The notes under the pieces were generated by a model. It was not told where the DNA came from. It saw only the letters and a list, made by a program, of their open reading frames with translations, and made no database searches. The translations under genes were made by a program, and so were the position numbers. Shown here in pieces: positions 30,177 to 42,468 of a stretch of 64,000 nucleotides of DNA; position 1 is the stretch's first letter, and the number at the start of each line of letters is the position of its first letter. Origin of the DNA: Opitutales bacterium (GTDB lineage Bacteria; Verrucomicrobiota; Verrucomicrobiia; Opitutales; UBA2987); NCBI GenBank assembly GCA_965226885.1, contig CBDDEL010000013.1, positions 1 to 64,000 on the forward strand, written 5' to 3'.

Positions 30177-32627
30177 ATGAAAGTCAGCCAACAGTGGTTA
30201 AGGCGGTATATCGACCTCGACCGTTCACGGGAGGAAATTGAGGAGGCCCTCACCCTCATCGGATTCGAGGTGGAGGGAGTCGAGGAAATCGGGCTGTCCC
30301 TGCTGGACAAGGTTGTGGTGGGAGAGGTGCTGTCCAGCGAACCTCATCCCAATGCGGACCGGCTCACCGTTTGCGAGGTGTCCGTGAGCGAAGACGGAGA
30401 AACTAAAAGCATCGTCTGCGGGGCCAAAAACTACCAGGTGGGAGATCGCGTGCCGGTGGCACTGGCGGGTGCCGTGCTTCCCGGCAATTTTAAAATAAAG
30501 AAAAGCAAGCTGCGAGGTGTGCCTTCCGACGGTATGATGTGCAGCGCCCGCGAGCTGCAATTGGGCGACGACCATCGTGGCCTCCTCATCCTAAAAGACC
30601 GTCCCGCCGTCGGCACACCCATCAACGAGGTTTTTCCGGATACGGATTTGGTTTTTGATATAGAGGTGACGCCGAATCGCCCGGATTGTCTCAGCCATCT
30701 GGGGATCGCCCGCGAATTGTCGGCCCGCTTCGGCTTGCCTATCGACTTTCCTGAAATCGTTGGAAGATCGAATCCTGAAACCGCCCAAACTCTTCCCCCT
30801 CTGCTGGACAAAGTGATCGTCGAGGTTCCGGATAAATGCCCTCATTATCGAGCTTATTGCATCTGGGGCGTAAGAATAGGCCCCAGCCCACAGTGGATGC
30901 AGCGGCTATTGAAATCGTCGGGTCTTCGCCCCATCAACAATGTGGTCGATATTACCAACTTCGTGCTTTTGGAGCTGGGGCAGCCGTTGCATGCTTTTGA
31001 CGCCTCAAAAATCCGGGGCGGCAAACTCGTCATTCGGCAAGCCGTGCGGGGGGAGGAAATCGTCACCCTGGACGACAAGCGGCGGGTCCTTGCGCCTCCC
31101 ATGACCGTTATTGCGGACGCCGAGCGCGCCCTCGTGGTGGCCGGAATCATGGGCAGCATCGATGCCGAGGTGGATGACTCGACCGTCGACCTGGTGCTGG
31201 AGGCCGCCTATTTCAATCCCTCCAACATTCGCTCGACTTCCCGGCGGTTGAACCTTGTCTCGGACAGCTCCTATCGGTTCGCCCGCGGCATCGATCCCAA
31301 GGGAACGGAATTTGGCGCCTTGCGGGCCATCGATCTAATTCTCGAAATTGCCGGGGGAAAACTGGAAGGTCCGCCCTTTGTGGTCGGCGAGCCGCCCTTG
31401 GTGGAGAGGGAAATAGAGATCGGGCCACGTTTCATCCGCAGCCGGCTGGGATTCGATGTCGAGGATTCTTCCATCGGCGAGGTATTCGAGGCGCTCGGGC
31501 TCTACGTGCAAATACGCCGCCATGCAGACGGTTCCATTTACTGGAATGTCGGCATACCCAGTTTTCGTCTGGATTTGGAGCGGCCCATAGACCTGGTGGA
31601 AGAATTTCTGCGCATTTACGGAACGGACAATATCCCCACCGCACGGGCTGTGGCGCCCGGCCTTCTGCACAAGGACGATCCGGTGGATGTTTTCAAAAGA
31701 AAATCGACGGCCTATCTTTGCGACCGGCACTTCAATGAATGCGTCAACTATTCCATGCGCAGCGCGGAAGAGGTTGACCTGTGGTTCAGCCATGCCGCCG
31801 CTTCCACCCTGCAATTGGCCAACCCATTGGCCAGCGATCAATCCCATCTGCGCCCGTCCCTCATCCCCTGTTTGCTGGACAGCCTGCGGCTCAATCGCAA
31901 TCGGGGCAACAATCCCCTGCGTCTGTTCGAAACCGGTAACGTCTGGCGGGAGCGCGACGGCCGTCTCTGGGAACTATTTTCCGTGGCCTTCCTTATGGTG
32001 CAGGATTCGGGGAGCGGCCAGTGGATTGAGCGCCAGCCTCCGGATTTTTTCCAGGTGGCAGGAACGGTCAGAAATCTTCTCAGACTGGCCGGGGCCGAAG
32101 CCGATGCTTTACCCTTTGAAACTATCGAGACCGAGGACTCCTGGCAGGAGGGCCATGCCGCCTCCATATTCGATTACGCCCTGGGGTATCAGGCCAAGGC
32201 CGGCATTCTGAACTACTCCATGCTCAAAAAATGGGACATCAAGGGAACGGTTCTGGCCGGAGCGGTTTATTTGCGCCCGGCATTTTTAAGAAATCTCCGC
32301 AGCCGCCCGGCCCATCGGCCCATCAGCCAGTATCCGCCCATTACCAAGGACCTTGCCCTCATGGTCGATGAGAGCCTGGCCGCTGAAAAGGTCAAAAATG
32401 CCCTCGAATCCGCTGCCAGAGAGGCGGCCGCAGGCGCATTCTTGGTGGAGTCCATCAGCGTATTCGATGTTTATCGGGGCAAAGAATTGCCCGAGGGAAA
32501 GAAGAGCCTCGCCTTTAATCTGGTTTTCCGCTCCCTCCAACGCACCCTCACCGATGAAGAAGTCAATCGCGCCTTTGACGCCATTCAAAAATCCATAGTG
32601 GCTGGCGGCTATTCCATTCGCCAGTAA
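30177..32627 (+). CDS. pheT: Phenylalanyl-tRNA synthetase beta subunit
   Basis: HPNADRL, TPNRPDCLS, GQPLHAFD, C-terminal anticodon-binding domain. Confidence 0.97.
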   Translation: MKVSQQWLRRYIDLDRSREEIEEALTLIGFEVEGVEEIGLSLLDKVVVGEVLSSEPHPNADRLTVCEVSVSEDGETKSIVCGAKNYQVGDRVPVALAGAVLPGNFKIKKSKLRGVPSDGMMCSARELQLGDDHRGLLILKDRPAVGTPINEVFPDTDLVFDIEVTPNRPDCLSHLGIARELSARFGLPIDFPEIVGRSNPETAQTLPPLLDKVIVEVPDKCPHYRAYCIWGVRIGPSPQWMQRLLKSSGLRPINNVVDITNFVLLELGQPLHAFDASKIRGGKLVIRQAVRGEEIVTLDDKRRVLAPPMTVIADAERALVVAGIMGSIDAEVDDSTVDLVLEAAYFNPSNIRSTSRRLNLVSDSSYRFARGIDPKGTEFGALRAIDLILEIAGGKLEGPPFVVGEPPLVEREIEIGPRFIRSRLGFDVEDSSIGEVFEALGLYVQIRRHADGSIYWNVGIPSFRLDLERPIDLVEEFLRIYGTDNIPTARAVAPGLLHKDDPVDVFKRKSTAYLCDRHFNECVNYSMRSAEEVDLWFSHAAASTLQLANPLASDQSHLRPSLIPCLLDSLRLNRNRGNNPLRLFETGNVWRERDGRLWELFSVAFLMVQDSGSGQWIERQPPDFFQVAGTVRNLLRLAGAEADALPFETIETEDSWQEGHAASIFDYALGYQAKAGILNYSMLKKWDIKGTVLAGAVYLRPAFLRNLRSRPAHRPISQYPPITKDLALMVDESLAAEKVKNALESAAREAAAGAFLVESISVFDVYRGKELPEGKKSLAFNLVFRSLQRTLTDEEVNRAFDAIQKSIVAGGYSIRQ

Positions 32628-32656
32628 TTGTTGGACGATTTCGTGGATTAATAAAA

Positions 32657-32953
32657 ATGCCCAAGGAACCAACCATTGACATCGATTATGTTGCCACGCT
32701 GGCCCGCATCGAATTGAGCGAGGAGGAAAAGAGCCGCTTTTCCGCCCAGCTGGCTGATATCCTCACCTATTTTGAAAGGCTCAAAGCAGTCGATGTTTCG
32801 GGGATCGAGCCCTCCGCCCACGCCTTTCCGGTTTACAATGTCTGGCAAGAGGATGTCGTGGAAACCGGTTTTACCCAAGAGCAAGCCCTGCTCAACGCCC
32901 CCGCCCGGCGCGATGGCCAAATCGTTGTCCCCAAGGTGGTCGAAGACGCTTGA
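32657..32953 (+). CDS. gatC: Asp/Glu-tRNA amidotransferase subunit C
   Basis: VATLARIEL, NAP, VPKVV; upstream of gatA. Confidence 0.93.
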   Translation: MPKEPTIDIDYVATLARIELSEEEKSRFSAQLADILTYFERLKAVDVSGIEPSAHAFPVYNVWQEDVVETGFTQEQALLNAPARRDGQIVVPKVVEDA

Positions 32954-32962
32954 TGATGGCCG

Positions 32963-34426
32963 ATGTGCGAACTTTTTTACAAAAGCCTGGCTGAACTGAG
33001 CCGTTTGCTTGAAACGGGAAAAATCAGCGCGCGGGAATTGACCGAGGCCGTCATCGGCCGAACGCAACAGGTCGAGGAAAAAATCCACGCTTTTCTCAAG
33101 TTCGATCCCGAAAAATCACTGGCCGAAGCGGTCGAGAGCGATGATCGACGCTCCGCCGGGAATTCCCGTGGCCCCCTCGACGGCATCCCCGTCAGCCTCA
33201 AGGATTTGATATGTGAGTCGGGCCAAAGCCTCACCTGCGGCAGCAAGATTCTGGAAAATTACATTTCTCCCTACGACGCCACCTGCGTGGCCAAACTGAA
33301 GAAAAATGGCGCCATCCTCTGGGGGCGTATGAATATGGATGAGTTCGCCATGGGGTCTTCAACAGAGAATTCGGCTTATCAAACCACCTGCAATCCCTGG
33401 GATGCCGCCCGCATACCGGGAGGCAGCAGCGGGGGCAGCGCCGCCGCTGTCGCCGCCGGGGAAACCATCGCCGCTCTGGGCAGCGACACCGGGGGGTCGA
33501 TCCGCCAGCCAGCCTCGCTCTGTGGAGTTGTCGGGCTGAAACCCTCTTACGGCATCGTTTCACGATATGGATTGGCCGCCTTCGCCTCTTCCCTCGACCA
33601 GATTGGCCCTATCACCCGGACGGTGGAGGACAGCGCCATCCTCTTGCAAGCAATCGCCGGTTACGATGCCCTCGATTCCACCTCCTGCCAGGCCGAAGTT
33701 CCCAACTACGCCACGGCCCTGAATTCTCCTTCCAGACACTGGAAACTGGGTCTGCCGCGAGAATATTTCGGCGAGGGTCTGGATCCCGAGATACGATCGG
33801 CGGTGCAGAAAGTGATCGATTTTTACAAAAGCGAAGGTTGCCAAATCGTGGAAGTTTCCCTGCCCCATACCGATCTGGCGGTGCCTGTTTATTACATCCT
33901 CGCGCCCGCCGAAGCCTCCTCCAATCTGGCTCGTTACGATGGTGTGCGCTACTCTCACCGCAGCAAACAATCGGACGATCATGTGGACCTCTATTTTAAA
34001 TCACGAGGGGAAGGTTTCGGCCCGGAGGTGAAACGCCGCATCATCCTGGGCACTTATGTGCTGAGCAGCGGATATTACGATGCCTATTACCTGCGGGCGC
34101 AAAAAATCCGCACCCTCATTCGGAACGATTTTCTGGAAGCTTTTCAAAGCGTCGATGCCCTCATTGCCCCGGTTTCTCCCACCGCAGCCTTTGAAATCGG
34201 TGATAAATCGGACGACCCGCTTTCCATGTATTTGAGCGATATTTACACCCTCTCGGTCAACCTGGCGGGCTTGCCCGGAATTTCCATTCCTTGCGGATTC
34301 AATTCCGAAAATTTGCCCGTAGGGGCGCAGTTGATCGGCCAACCCTACCGGGAGGCGGAATTGCTATCCATCGCCCATCTCTACGATTCCAGCCATCGCT
34401 ATGGCATGCAGCAACCCGTTATTTGA
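32963..34426 (+). CDS. gatA: Asp/Glu-tRNA amidotransferase subunit A
   Basis: Amidase signature [19 protein letters not shown]. Confidence 0.97.
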   Translation: MCELFYKSLAELSRLLETGKISARELTEAVIGRTQQVEEKIHAFLKFDPEKSLAEAVESDDRRSAGNSRGPLDGIPVSLKDLICESGQSLTCGSKILENYISPYDATCVAKLKKNGAILWGRMNMDEFAMGSSTENSAYQTTCNPWDAARIPGGSSGGSAAAVAAGETIAALGSDTGGSIRQPASLCGVVGLKPSYGIVSRYGLAAFASSLDQIGPITRTVEDSAILLQAIAGYDALDSTSCQAEVPNYATALNSPSRHWKLGLPREYFGEGLDPEIRSAVQKVIDFYKSEGCQIVEVSLPHTDLAVPVYYILAPAEASSNLARYDGVRYSHRSKQSDDHVDLYFKSRGEGFGPEVKRRIILGTYVLSSGYYDAYYLRAQKIRTLIRNDFLEAFQSVDALIAPVSPTAAFEIGDKSDDPLSMYLSDIYTLSVNLAGLPGISIPCGFNSENLPVGAQLIGQPYREAELLSIAHLYDSSHRYGMQQPVI

Positions 34427-34437
34427 CTTTAAATAAA

Positions 34438-35907
34438 ATGGAATACCAGGCGGTCATTGGGCTCGAAGTCCACGTGCAGTTGAAAACGAACTCTAAAATG
34501 TTCACGCGCGCGGCCTCTAAATTTGGGGAACCACCCAATACCCTGACCAATCCCGTTGTCATGGGTTTGCCCGGCACCCTGCCCGTGATGAACCAGGCGG
34601 CCATCGAACTGAGCATCAGGACCGGACTCCTCTTCGGCTGTGAAATCGCAGCCATCTGCAAATGGGACCGCAAAAATTATTTTTACCCGGATCAGCCCAA
34701 AAACTACCAGATTTCCCAATACGACCAGCCCTTATGTCTGGGAGGAGCGGTCGAAATCGAGCTGCCCGCCGCCACCCGTAATGTCATGGGCGAGCATCGC
34801 AAGGTGCGCCTGACCCGCATTCACCTGGAGGAGGATGTGGGCAAGCTGACTCATTTTGAAAATGACAGCCTGGTCGATTTCAACCGGGCCGGAACGCCCC
34901 TCCTCGAAATCGTGACCGAGCCCGATCTTTTTTCCACCGACGAGGTGGCGGCATTCCTCAACGCCATCCGCCTCAACATGGTTTATGCCGGCCTCTCCGA
35001 TTGCGACATGGAAAAAGGGCAGATGCGCTGCGATGCCAATGTCAGTGTGCAGCCGGCGGCAAGCGATACCTTGGGCATCCGCACCGAGATGAAGAACCTC
35101 AACAGCATCGCCGGGACCCGCGATTCGGTCGCCTATGAAATCCGGCGGCAAATCCGGGTGCTCGAAAAAGGCGGGCAGGTTGTCCAGGAAACGCGACGCT
35201 GGAATGCCGAGCAGGGCTACACGACGCCGCTCCGCTCCAAGGAGGAAGCCCATGACTACCGCTACTTTCCCGATCCCGACCTGATGCCGGTCAAGATTTC
35301 CCCTGATATGCTGAATCGTCTCCGGAAGGAGGTTCCGGAACGCCCTTACGACCGCCAACGACGGTTTTTGCAGGATTACGATTTGCCCTATTCGACCGCC
35401 TCCGTTTTGTGCCAGGACAGGGCCTTGGGTGATTTTTTCGAGGAGGCCGTAAAGGTTCACAACAAACCTGCGGAGATCGGGAACCTGGTCGCCAATGATT
35501 TATTGCGGGAGCTTTCCTTGGCAAGGGCACGGGCCGGTGGCCAGGGGATTCGTAAAATTTCAGAGTTGCTCATCGGGCCCGCCCAAATAGCCGAATTGGT
35601 GAAATTGGTGGACGATGGCGTCATCTCGAAGCAAATCGCGCAGGACCTGATTCCGGAAATGTTTCTGAGTGGTCGCAGCCCATTGCCGATTGTCGAGGAA
35701 AAGGGATTACAGCAATCCACCGACAGGGCGGAAATCGAAGGCATTTGCGCGAAAATTATTTCCGAGAATCCCAAACCGGCGGAGCAATTCAAGGCCGGAA
35801 ACGAAAAAGCCATCAACGCGCTCAAAGGGGGCGTCATGAAAGCGACCCGGGGCAAGGCCAACCCAGCCCTGGTGGACCAGATTTTGCGCGAGCTGCTGGC
35901 TTTATAA
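34438..35907 (+). CDS. gatB: Asp/Glu-tRNA amidotransferase subunit B
   Basis: MEYQAVIGLEVHVQL start, RKNYFYPD, HDYRYFPDPDL. Confidence 0.97.
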   Translation: MEYQAVIGLEVHVQLKTNSKMFTRAASKFGEPPNTLTNPVVMGLPGTLPVMNQAAIELSIRTGLLFGCEIAAICKWDRKNYFYPDQPKNYQISQYDQPLCLGGAVEIELPAATRNVMGEHRKVRLTRIHLEEDVGKLTHFENDSLVDFNRAGTPLLEIVTEPDLFSTDEVAAFLNAIRLNMVYAGLSDCDMEKGQMRCDANVSVQPAASDTLGIRTEMKNLNSIAGTRDSVAYEIRRQIRVLEKGGQVVQETRRWNAEQGYTTPLRSKEEAHDYRYFPDPDLMPVKISPDMLNRLRKEVPERPYDRQRRFLQDYDLPYSTASVLCQDRALGDFFEEAVKVHNKPAEIGNLVANDLLRELSLARARAGGQGIRKISELLIGPAQIAELVKLVDDGVISKQIAQDLIPEMFLSGRSPLPIVEEKGLQQSTDRAEIEGICAKIISENPKPAEQFKAGNEKAINALKGGVMKATRGKANPALVDQILRELLAL

Positions 35908-36033
35908 AGGTTTCAGATTTCAGGACTCGACACTTCTGACTTCTTCCCGATATATCGCTTTAAAGAATTTGACTGCCGGGGGAAAGCAATTTGACACTAC
36001 ACGAGACGACTGAACTATGGGAGAGAAAGAGCA

Positions 36034-36504
36034 ATGAGTGGCAAGGATTTTTCAGAGGTGGTTAAGCTGATTATTAAGGATGACCCGCGTTATCCTAAGC
36101 CTGCCTACTATTTTGTCAGAAAAGCTCTCGATCACACTCTGAAAGGTCTGGAAAAGAAACCGGCCAGGGAGAAGGGCCATCATGTTTCCGGAAAGGAACT
36201 GCTGGAAGGCATCCGCGATTACGCTTTAGATCAATTCGGGCCCATGTCTTATACCCTTTTTGAAAACTGGCAATTGAGTCAAACTTCGGATTTCGGCGCA
36301 ATCGTATTCAATCTTGTCGAATACGGCATTTTCGGGAAAACGGAACACGACGACATCGAGGATTTTAAAGGAGTGTATGACTTCGATGAAGCTTTCCTCA
36401 AACCCTTTATGCCCAAGGGCAATCTGGAAGCCGGGCCGGCATCCGGTTCCAATGGTGGCAAAACTGAAAAACTGCCAGAAGACGCTCCCGAGGGGAATAA
36501 CTGA
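36034..36504 (+). CDS. Minf_1886-family protein (Planctomycetes/Verrucomicrobia conserved)
   Basis: DPRY, HVSGKELLEG, FGPM, DFGAIVFNLV motifs. Confidence 0.8.
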   Translation: MSGKDFSEVVKLIIKDDPRYPKPAYYFVRKALDHTLKGLEKKPAREKGHHVSGKELLEGIRDYALDQFGPMSYTLFENWQLSQTSDFGAIVFNLVEYGIFGKTEHDDIEDFKGVYDFDEAFLKPFMPKGNLEAGPASGSNGGKTEKLPEDAPEGNN

Positions 36505-36558
36505 AAGGCCTGTGGCCAGTTTCCAGCCGGAGTTTGGAGTGCTTGAATATTTTACGGT

Positions 36559-39123
36559 ATGGAAAAGGTTTCTGAAAACGACGGGCGGCTCCCGGCTGTC
36601 CTTGAGCAATTGCTGGCCGAACGGATTGACCGCCGGACGCTTGCCAACGGCCTCACGGTTATTCTCAAAGAAGATGCCTCCAACCGGCTTTCCTCGGTGC
36701 AGCTCTGGGTCAAGACGGGGAGCCTGCACGAAGGGTCCATGCTTGGTTCCGGGGTCTCCCACTTTTTGGAGCACATGCTCTTTAAGGGCACCGATAAACG
36801 CCCTGGCAACGAAATAAGCCGCCAGGTGCAGGCCGCCGGCGGCGGCATCAACGCCTACACCACTTTCGATCGTACCGTATATTTCATCAACGGATTGAGC
36901 GAGCAAACTGCTCTGGCGGTGGAGCTCCTCGCCGATGCCGCCTTCAATTCACTGCTTCCGGAAGAGGAGGCGGTCAAAGAGCAGGATGTTATCCTGCGCG
37001 AAATCGATATGGGTCTGGACGATCCCGATCATCAGGTTTCACGAGCTTTGTTTGAAACCGCCTTTAGGGAGCATCCCTATCGTTTGCCGGTTATCGGCCA
37101 TCGGGAATTGTTTGAAAATCTTTCCCACTCCCAACTCCTTTCATACTATCGGGACCGCTATGTGCCCGAAAACATGACCCTTGTGGTGGTCGGAGATATC
37201 GAAAGCTCCTCCTTGCTCGATGTGATTGAAAAACACTTCGGGGCCGTTCAACGCGGCGGGGGCTCCCAGCCCTATGTGCAACCCGAGCCGAAGCAATTGG
37301 CCATGCGCGAGGATCATCTTTTTGGCGACGTGCAGATTTGCCGGGCGGGTCTCGGTTTTAAGATACCCGGCCTGGAGCATCCCGATGCCCCCGGCCTCGA
37401 TCTGCTGGCCTCGGTTCTCGGGGTGGGGCACAGCTCAATCCTTTGGCAGAACCTGCGGGATGAGAAAAAACTGGTCCATCATATCGACGCCTCATGCTGG
37501 AATCCCGGCTACGGCGGCCTTTTTTGGATCTCCTATACCTGCGACGAGGGCAAACGCGCTGCGGCTCAGGAGGCCATCCTCGAGGAAATTCAAAAATTAA
37601 TCCGCGACAGGGTGGACGAAAAGCGATTGCAAAAAGCGATCCGCCAAACGTTGATCGGCGAAATAAACGCCCGCAAAACCATGAGCGACCAGGCGTCCCG
37701 TCTCGGTCTGGCGGAAGTTGTGGTGGGAGATCTGGCCTACCCCCGCCAATACTATAGAAAGCTTTACAAAGTCGGTTTGGCGGATTTGCCAAACCTGGCC
37801 CGCGATTATCTCAAGTCCGAAGGTTTAACCGCTGTATCCTTAAATCCAATGCCTGCCAAACGGCCAACGCAATCGGAGACCAAAGCTTCTCCCGGCATTC
37901 CCGATTTTGAAATGCAGACATTGCCAAACGGAGCCCGTCTTCTTGTCCAGAGGGACGCTAGGCATCCCAAAATCAATCTGCGCATGGTGGCCTTGGGCGG
38001 TCCACTTTACGAATCGGATCATTTGCGGGGGATTACCGGGCTTTTGGCCACTCTTTTGGCCCGCGATACTGAAACCAGAAGCGCTTCCCAAGTGGCCGAA
38101 TTAATTGAAAGTATCGGTGGAAACTTTAGTGAGTTTGCCGGTAATAATTCCTTCGGGTTTTACCTCGAAACCATGTCTGACGATGGGGAAATCCTCCTCG
38201 ATCTGTTTGCCCAGGCTCTGCTCGCGCCGCAATTCAACCGGGAAACTTTTGAACGCGAAAAAGAGGGCCAGATTGCCTCCGTCAAAGAGTCTTTGGACGA
38301 CATCGTTAGTTTCGGGAAATACAAATTGAGAAAACGTTTTTTTGGAGAACATCCTTTCAGCATCGATGCATTCGGCACGGTTGAAACGCTCAATGCAATT
38401 AAGATGCCTCATGTCGAAGAATTGCGCAGCCGCCTCCTCTTGGGTTCCAATGTCGTTGTCAGTGTAGCTGGTGATTTTCAGACTGATCAGTTGCTGCCTC
38501 CTTTAATCGAGACGCTGAAAAAGCTCCCCTCCGAACCTTTCTCGCAAACCAGCTTGCAATTACCCTGGCCCGCAACCGCAGGTTGTTTCGAGGAGAATTT
38601 ACCGCGAAAGCAGGCGGTTGTCTTTCAAGCCTATCCCGATTGCGGAGTGACCGGGCGGGATTATTTTGTGGGTGAATTATTAACCGAGATTTTCAACGAT
38701 ATGTCGGGTCGTTTGTTCACCCGCGTGCGCGAAGAGCGCAGCCTAGCATATTTCGTCGGCACCAACCGTTTGGCTGGAATCGATATGGGCATGTTTTATC
38801 TTTGCGCCGGAACCCAGCCCGATCTTTATGGGGAATTGTATGCCGAATTCGAGGCCGAGGTTTCCAGGGTGACCGCCGGTAAGGTGACCGAGGATGAATT
38901 GAACCGCTGCCAGACTCGCCTTAAAGCGGCCAAACGCCTGGGACTGCAAACCATCGGTGCCAGAGCCATGCATTCGGCTTTGAATGCGCTTTACGGACTT
39001 CCCTTTAACGATTGGAAATACTACGATGTGCGCATCGACGGCCTGACAATCGAGGACTTGAAAAACTTTTCCGGTAAATGGCTAACCGAAGATAAAAAAG
39101 TTTGTCTAACCGTAAAGCCCTGA
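36559..39123 (+). CDS. M16 (pitrilysin/insulinase) family zinc metallopeptidase
   Basis: Inverted zinc motif HFLEH, INAYT, HPY; two-half architecture. Confidence 0.93.
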   Translation: MEKVSENDGRLPAVLEQLLAERIDRRTLANGLTVILKEDASNRLSSVQLWVKTGSLHEGSMLGSGVSHFLEHMLFKGTDKRPGNEISRQVQAAGGGINAYTTFDRTVYFINGLSEQTALAVELLADAAFNSLLPEEEAVKEQDVILREIDMGLDDPDHQVSRALFETAFREHPYRLPVIGHRELFENLSHSQLLSYYRDRYVPENMTLVVVGDIESSSLLDVIEKHFGAVQRGGGSQPYVQPEPKQLAMREDHLFGDVQICRAGLGFKIPGLEHPDAPGLDLLASVLGVGHSSILWQNLRDEKKLVHHIDASCWNPGYGGLFWISYTCDEGKRAAAQEAILEEIQKLIRDRVDEKRLQKAIRQTLIGEINARKTMSDQASRLGLAEVVVGDLAYPRQYYRKLYKVGLADLPNLARDYLKSEGLTAVSLNPMPAKRPTQSETKASPGIPDFEMQTLPNGARLLVQRDARHPKINLRMVALGGPLYESDHLRGITGLLATLLARDTETRSASQVAELIESIGGNFSEFAGNNSFGFYLETMSDDGEILLDLFAQALLAPQFNRETFEREKEGQIASVKESLDDIVSFGKYKLRKRFFGEHPFSIDAFGTVETLNAIKMPHVEELRSRLLLGSNVVVSVAGDFQTDQLLPPLIETLKKLPSEPFSQTSLQLPWPATAGCFEENLPRKQAVVFQAYPDCGVTGRDYFVGELLTEIFNDMSGRLFTRVREERSLAYFVGTNRLAGIDMGMFYLCAGTQPDLYGELYAEFEAEVSRVTAGKVTEDELNRCQTRLKAAKRLGLQTIGARAMHSALNALYGLPFNDWKYYDVRIDGLTIEDLKNFSGKWLTEDKKVCLTVKP

Positions 39124-40300
39124 ATAAAGAATTGGGTTCCAATTTGCAATTGCCGTTGCAGTCGAGGCTTCCGGCTGTTTAAAAATTCCCTGTGTGCCGG
39201 CATATTTTTACTCTTGGTAGATTGATTGCGTTTGATCGGAAGCGGGGAAAAGAAGGATTTGCCTTGATTCTCGCCCTCGGGCTGACCGCCTTTGTCTTGC
39301 TTCTTTTATTGGCCATGACAACCTTGAGTCGTTTGCAGACCGGGATAAACATGGCTCGTTCGCATCGCCTGCCAGCGCGTCAGAACGCTTTGCTTGGTTT
39401 GCGGATTGCCTTGGGTGAATTGCAAGAACTGGCCGGACCGGACCGGCGTGTGACGGCAAGGGCGGATATTCAGGACGAAAGCCTGGAAAATCCTTATTGG
39501 ACAGGCGTTTGGTCAACGGAAGGAGATAACGATGAATCGGTTTGGTTTGTTTCGGGCGGCGACCCGGATCCCGCAGTTTCGTTTATTGGCATTCAATTAG
39601 CAAAAAAAACGGACGGTAACCAGGGAGCTTCAGCAGCTCTCGTTCCGATTCAAACGGGTAGTTCGCCGGACGGCTCTTCCTTTCCAACTGAAAACCGGCA
39701 AGGAAATTATGCATATTGGGTGAGTGACGAAGGTGTCAAAGCGAGTTTGGCCAAAACAGACCGTGTCGATGAATTAAGCGCGATACGCTACAACGATCTA
39801 TTTCGTAAACGTTTGCGACAGTTGAGCCCTGTCCGCCATCGGGCCGAAGTGTTTTTTCCCAAACTGGAGAATGAGGACCGTGAAGTAATTCGGGAAGGCC
39901 TGCTCAAGACAGCTACCTTTGGTCAAATCGCAAACCTACCCGGCTTTCCCGACGATGAATTGGAGGAGATTTTCTTTGATGCCACTCATCTTTCCTATGG
40001 AGTCCTCAGCAACACAGCCGATGGCGGTCTGAAAAGAGATTTGAGCGCCGCCGATATCCAGGATTCCGGTTACCCTTTTTTGGATTCTCTGCAAAGAGCT
40101 ACCAGACGGCGCATTAACGAGGAAGGATTTGTTGAATATCCCGGCGATGGACAGCCTGCCGATCTCAATTCAGGAGATTTTCTTAACGCGCCCTCACCCT
40201 TGACGACTGAGTTCGCCCTCTTTGTCGGTATCTTCAAAAACAGTCTCGATAGCGACCTTTTTCGGCTCGAATTGGGCTACTGGTCGGAGTTGTGGAATCC

Positions 40301-41102
40301 GGTAGTGTATTAAGTAGGAATGGTGGCTAATTCTTGATTATATTGATGAATGAAAAGTCTCAGACAGGTTTCATGCATACTCTTAAGCTTGGAAAAGGAG
40401 AGGGTTTTGCGTGTGAAACGACCCAGTCGTTGGCGCAGGGTATTGTTCCATCGTTCCACATGGGCCGTTTCACCGGTTTCTTTTCCCACGGATCGGTTAT
40501 GAGGAAAGACTTCATCATAAGTGCTCCAAAAGTCGCTGTAGGTGGCACATCTTTTGTAGGCCCGTGGCAGACGCTCGTAAAGTTCCCGGCAACGATACCA
40601 ATCCCGAGGCCCAATGGCATAGGAGAGGATTTGACGGGTGCGTCGGCAAAGAGCGATCCAAACCCATTGGGCATCGCTCTTGCGCCCCACAAAAGACCAC
40701 AGTTCGTCCAGTTCAATGACATCATGGCGGCGGGCCGCAAGAATCGTGCTTTTGAGCGGTCGCAGCGATTGTCGTTTTTTTTAACCAACTCAAAACGGTG
40801 TTGGGACTCACCCCGAAGGCGCGCTGTAAACCGCGTAGACTGCTGCGTTCCTGATAGACTCGAAGGATCATTTCTTTTTGCTCTTCGGTGTATTTCACTG
40901 TGGGGTTTTCGCGGCTTTGTTTACCACAATCATGGCAGCGGTAGCGCTGTTTATGGTTGGGCGTCTTGCCAAATTTAATGATATTTTCACTTCCACAGTG
41001 CCGACAATTAATAATTTTAGTAACCATGCACTAAGAATAAACTGCCTAACGCTATTTGTACAGCTAAAAATACAAAATAACATTCTTTTTTTATACACTA
41101 CC
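40301..41102 (-). mobile_element. IS1-family element A, copy 2
   Basis: IRs as copy 1; 8-bp TSD TGGAATCC; insAB at 40310-41027. Confidence 0.95.
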
Positions 41103-42468
41103 TGGAATCCTTATTCTTTCCCAATGGCCTTCGATCCGGATACTGAAAATGATCTCGTAATCAAGATTAGCGGTCTACCGGTCATTCAGGTCGATTGGGA
41201 GGCCAATCGCGGCCAGAACAATAACCGCATTGGCTCATTCTCCCTTGATTTGGATGATTTTCAAGACGAGTTAACCATTAATTTTGGAATACCGTTAGCT
41301 GAAGGCGAGGTTAAAACCCGCATTGCCAGAATCAGCCATGTGCTCGAGCCATCGTTGCCTCCCGGCACGGTCAATAACCCAGCCAAAAACATTGTTTCCA
41401 TCTCCGCGCCGTCCAGCATTCTAACGGTTCAGTTTTTTAATGCTTCCGGGCAATTGTTGAGAGAGGTTCGGAACATTCGTTTTGAATCTTTTAATACGTC
41501 CGAATACGGTCTCAGCCGGAACGCGACTCCGTCCAGGACAAATCCGAAACACTTTCAATTCGCATTTCATTACAAACTATTGGACGATTCGTTTTCTCTC
41601 GCCGAGGAGCAAAAATCGGATATGGAAAAATGGCTTTCTGAAGTCGATTTTCGCTCCGTTCATCTGGACCCTGGAGATAATCTTCTGCATGCCTCCCTTT
41701 TTTGGCTAACGATCGATCCTTCTGCGCTCCATTTTGAGGTATTCTTCGATGATACTGATCTGCTGGACGATGGAGCCGGAAATTATTTCAGGATATTTGA
41801 TTTTCCCGCCGTGGACCCGGTTTCGATTGGTTCGCTGCAACACTTGCAGGTAGTAGATGACCGCCCATTCAGCATCGGGAATCCTTGGGGCGGTTTCCGC
41901 AACTCTGTCTTTGATCGTTATTTCTTTTCCACCGCCCCGCCGGGGGATGCCACCTGGAATCCATTGGAACGTCTTCCAAATACTTTTCTGAACGTGCATC
42001 AAAATTATTCAAAATCTGTGCCGGAAGCGGAATTTCAAAGTCAATTTTCCTCCCGCAATTTTTTAGTGGAAGGGGCCTTCAATGTTAATTCCACTTCCGT
42101 TAATGCATGGAAATCGATTCTCTCCGGGCTTCAACTCTACGACTGGACCTATCGATTTGATGATTTTACTTTTACCGAACCGCTTCTGCCAATCACGAGG
42201 CCAAGGGTGAAAAACGGTTTGTTTCGACTGCCTCATGGCGCCGATCGGCAGTTTTCGCATCCATTTGAAATATATCCTCAATATCCAGAAGTAACGCCTG
42301 AAGAGAAAAAGGATTGGTATAAGCGTCCCCAGCAAGATTGGAAAAATGCCTATCGCTCCGGCATGCGCGAATTAAAAGACCGCGAAGTCCATGAATTGGC
42401 ATTAGAAATAGTTTGCCTTTTGCGGGAAAGAGGAAAGCCGTTTAACTCAATGGAACAGTTCGTTAATT

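Noticed and set aside
35908..35950. Degenerate heptamer-like run after gatB
   Set aside because: Too short and irregular to call.
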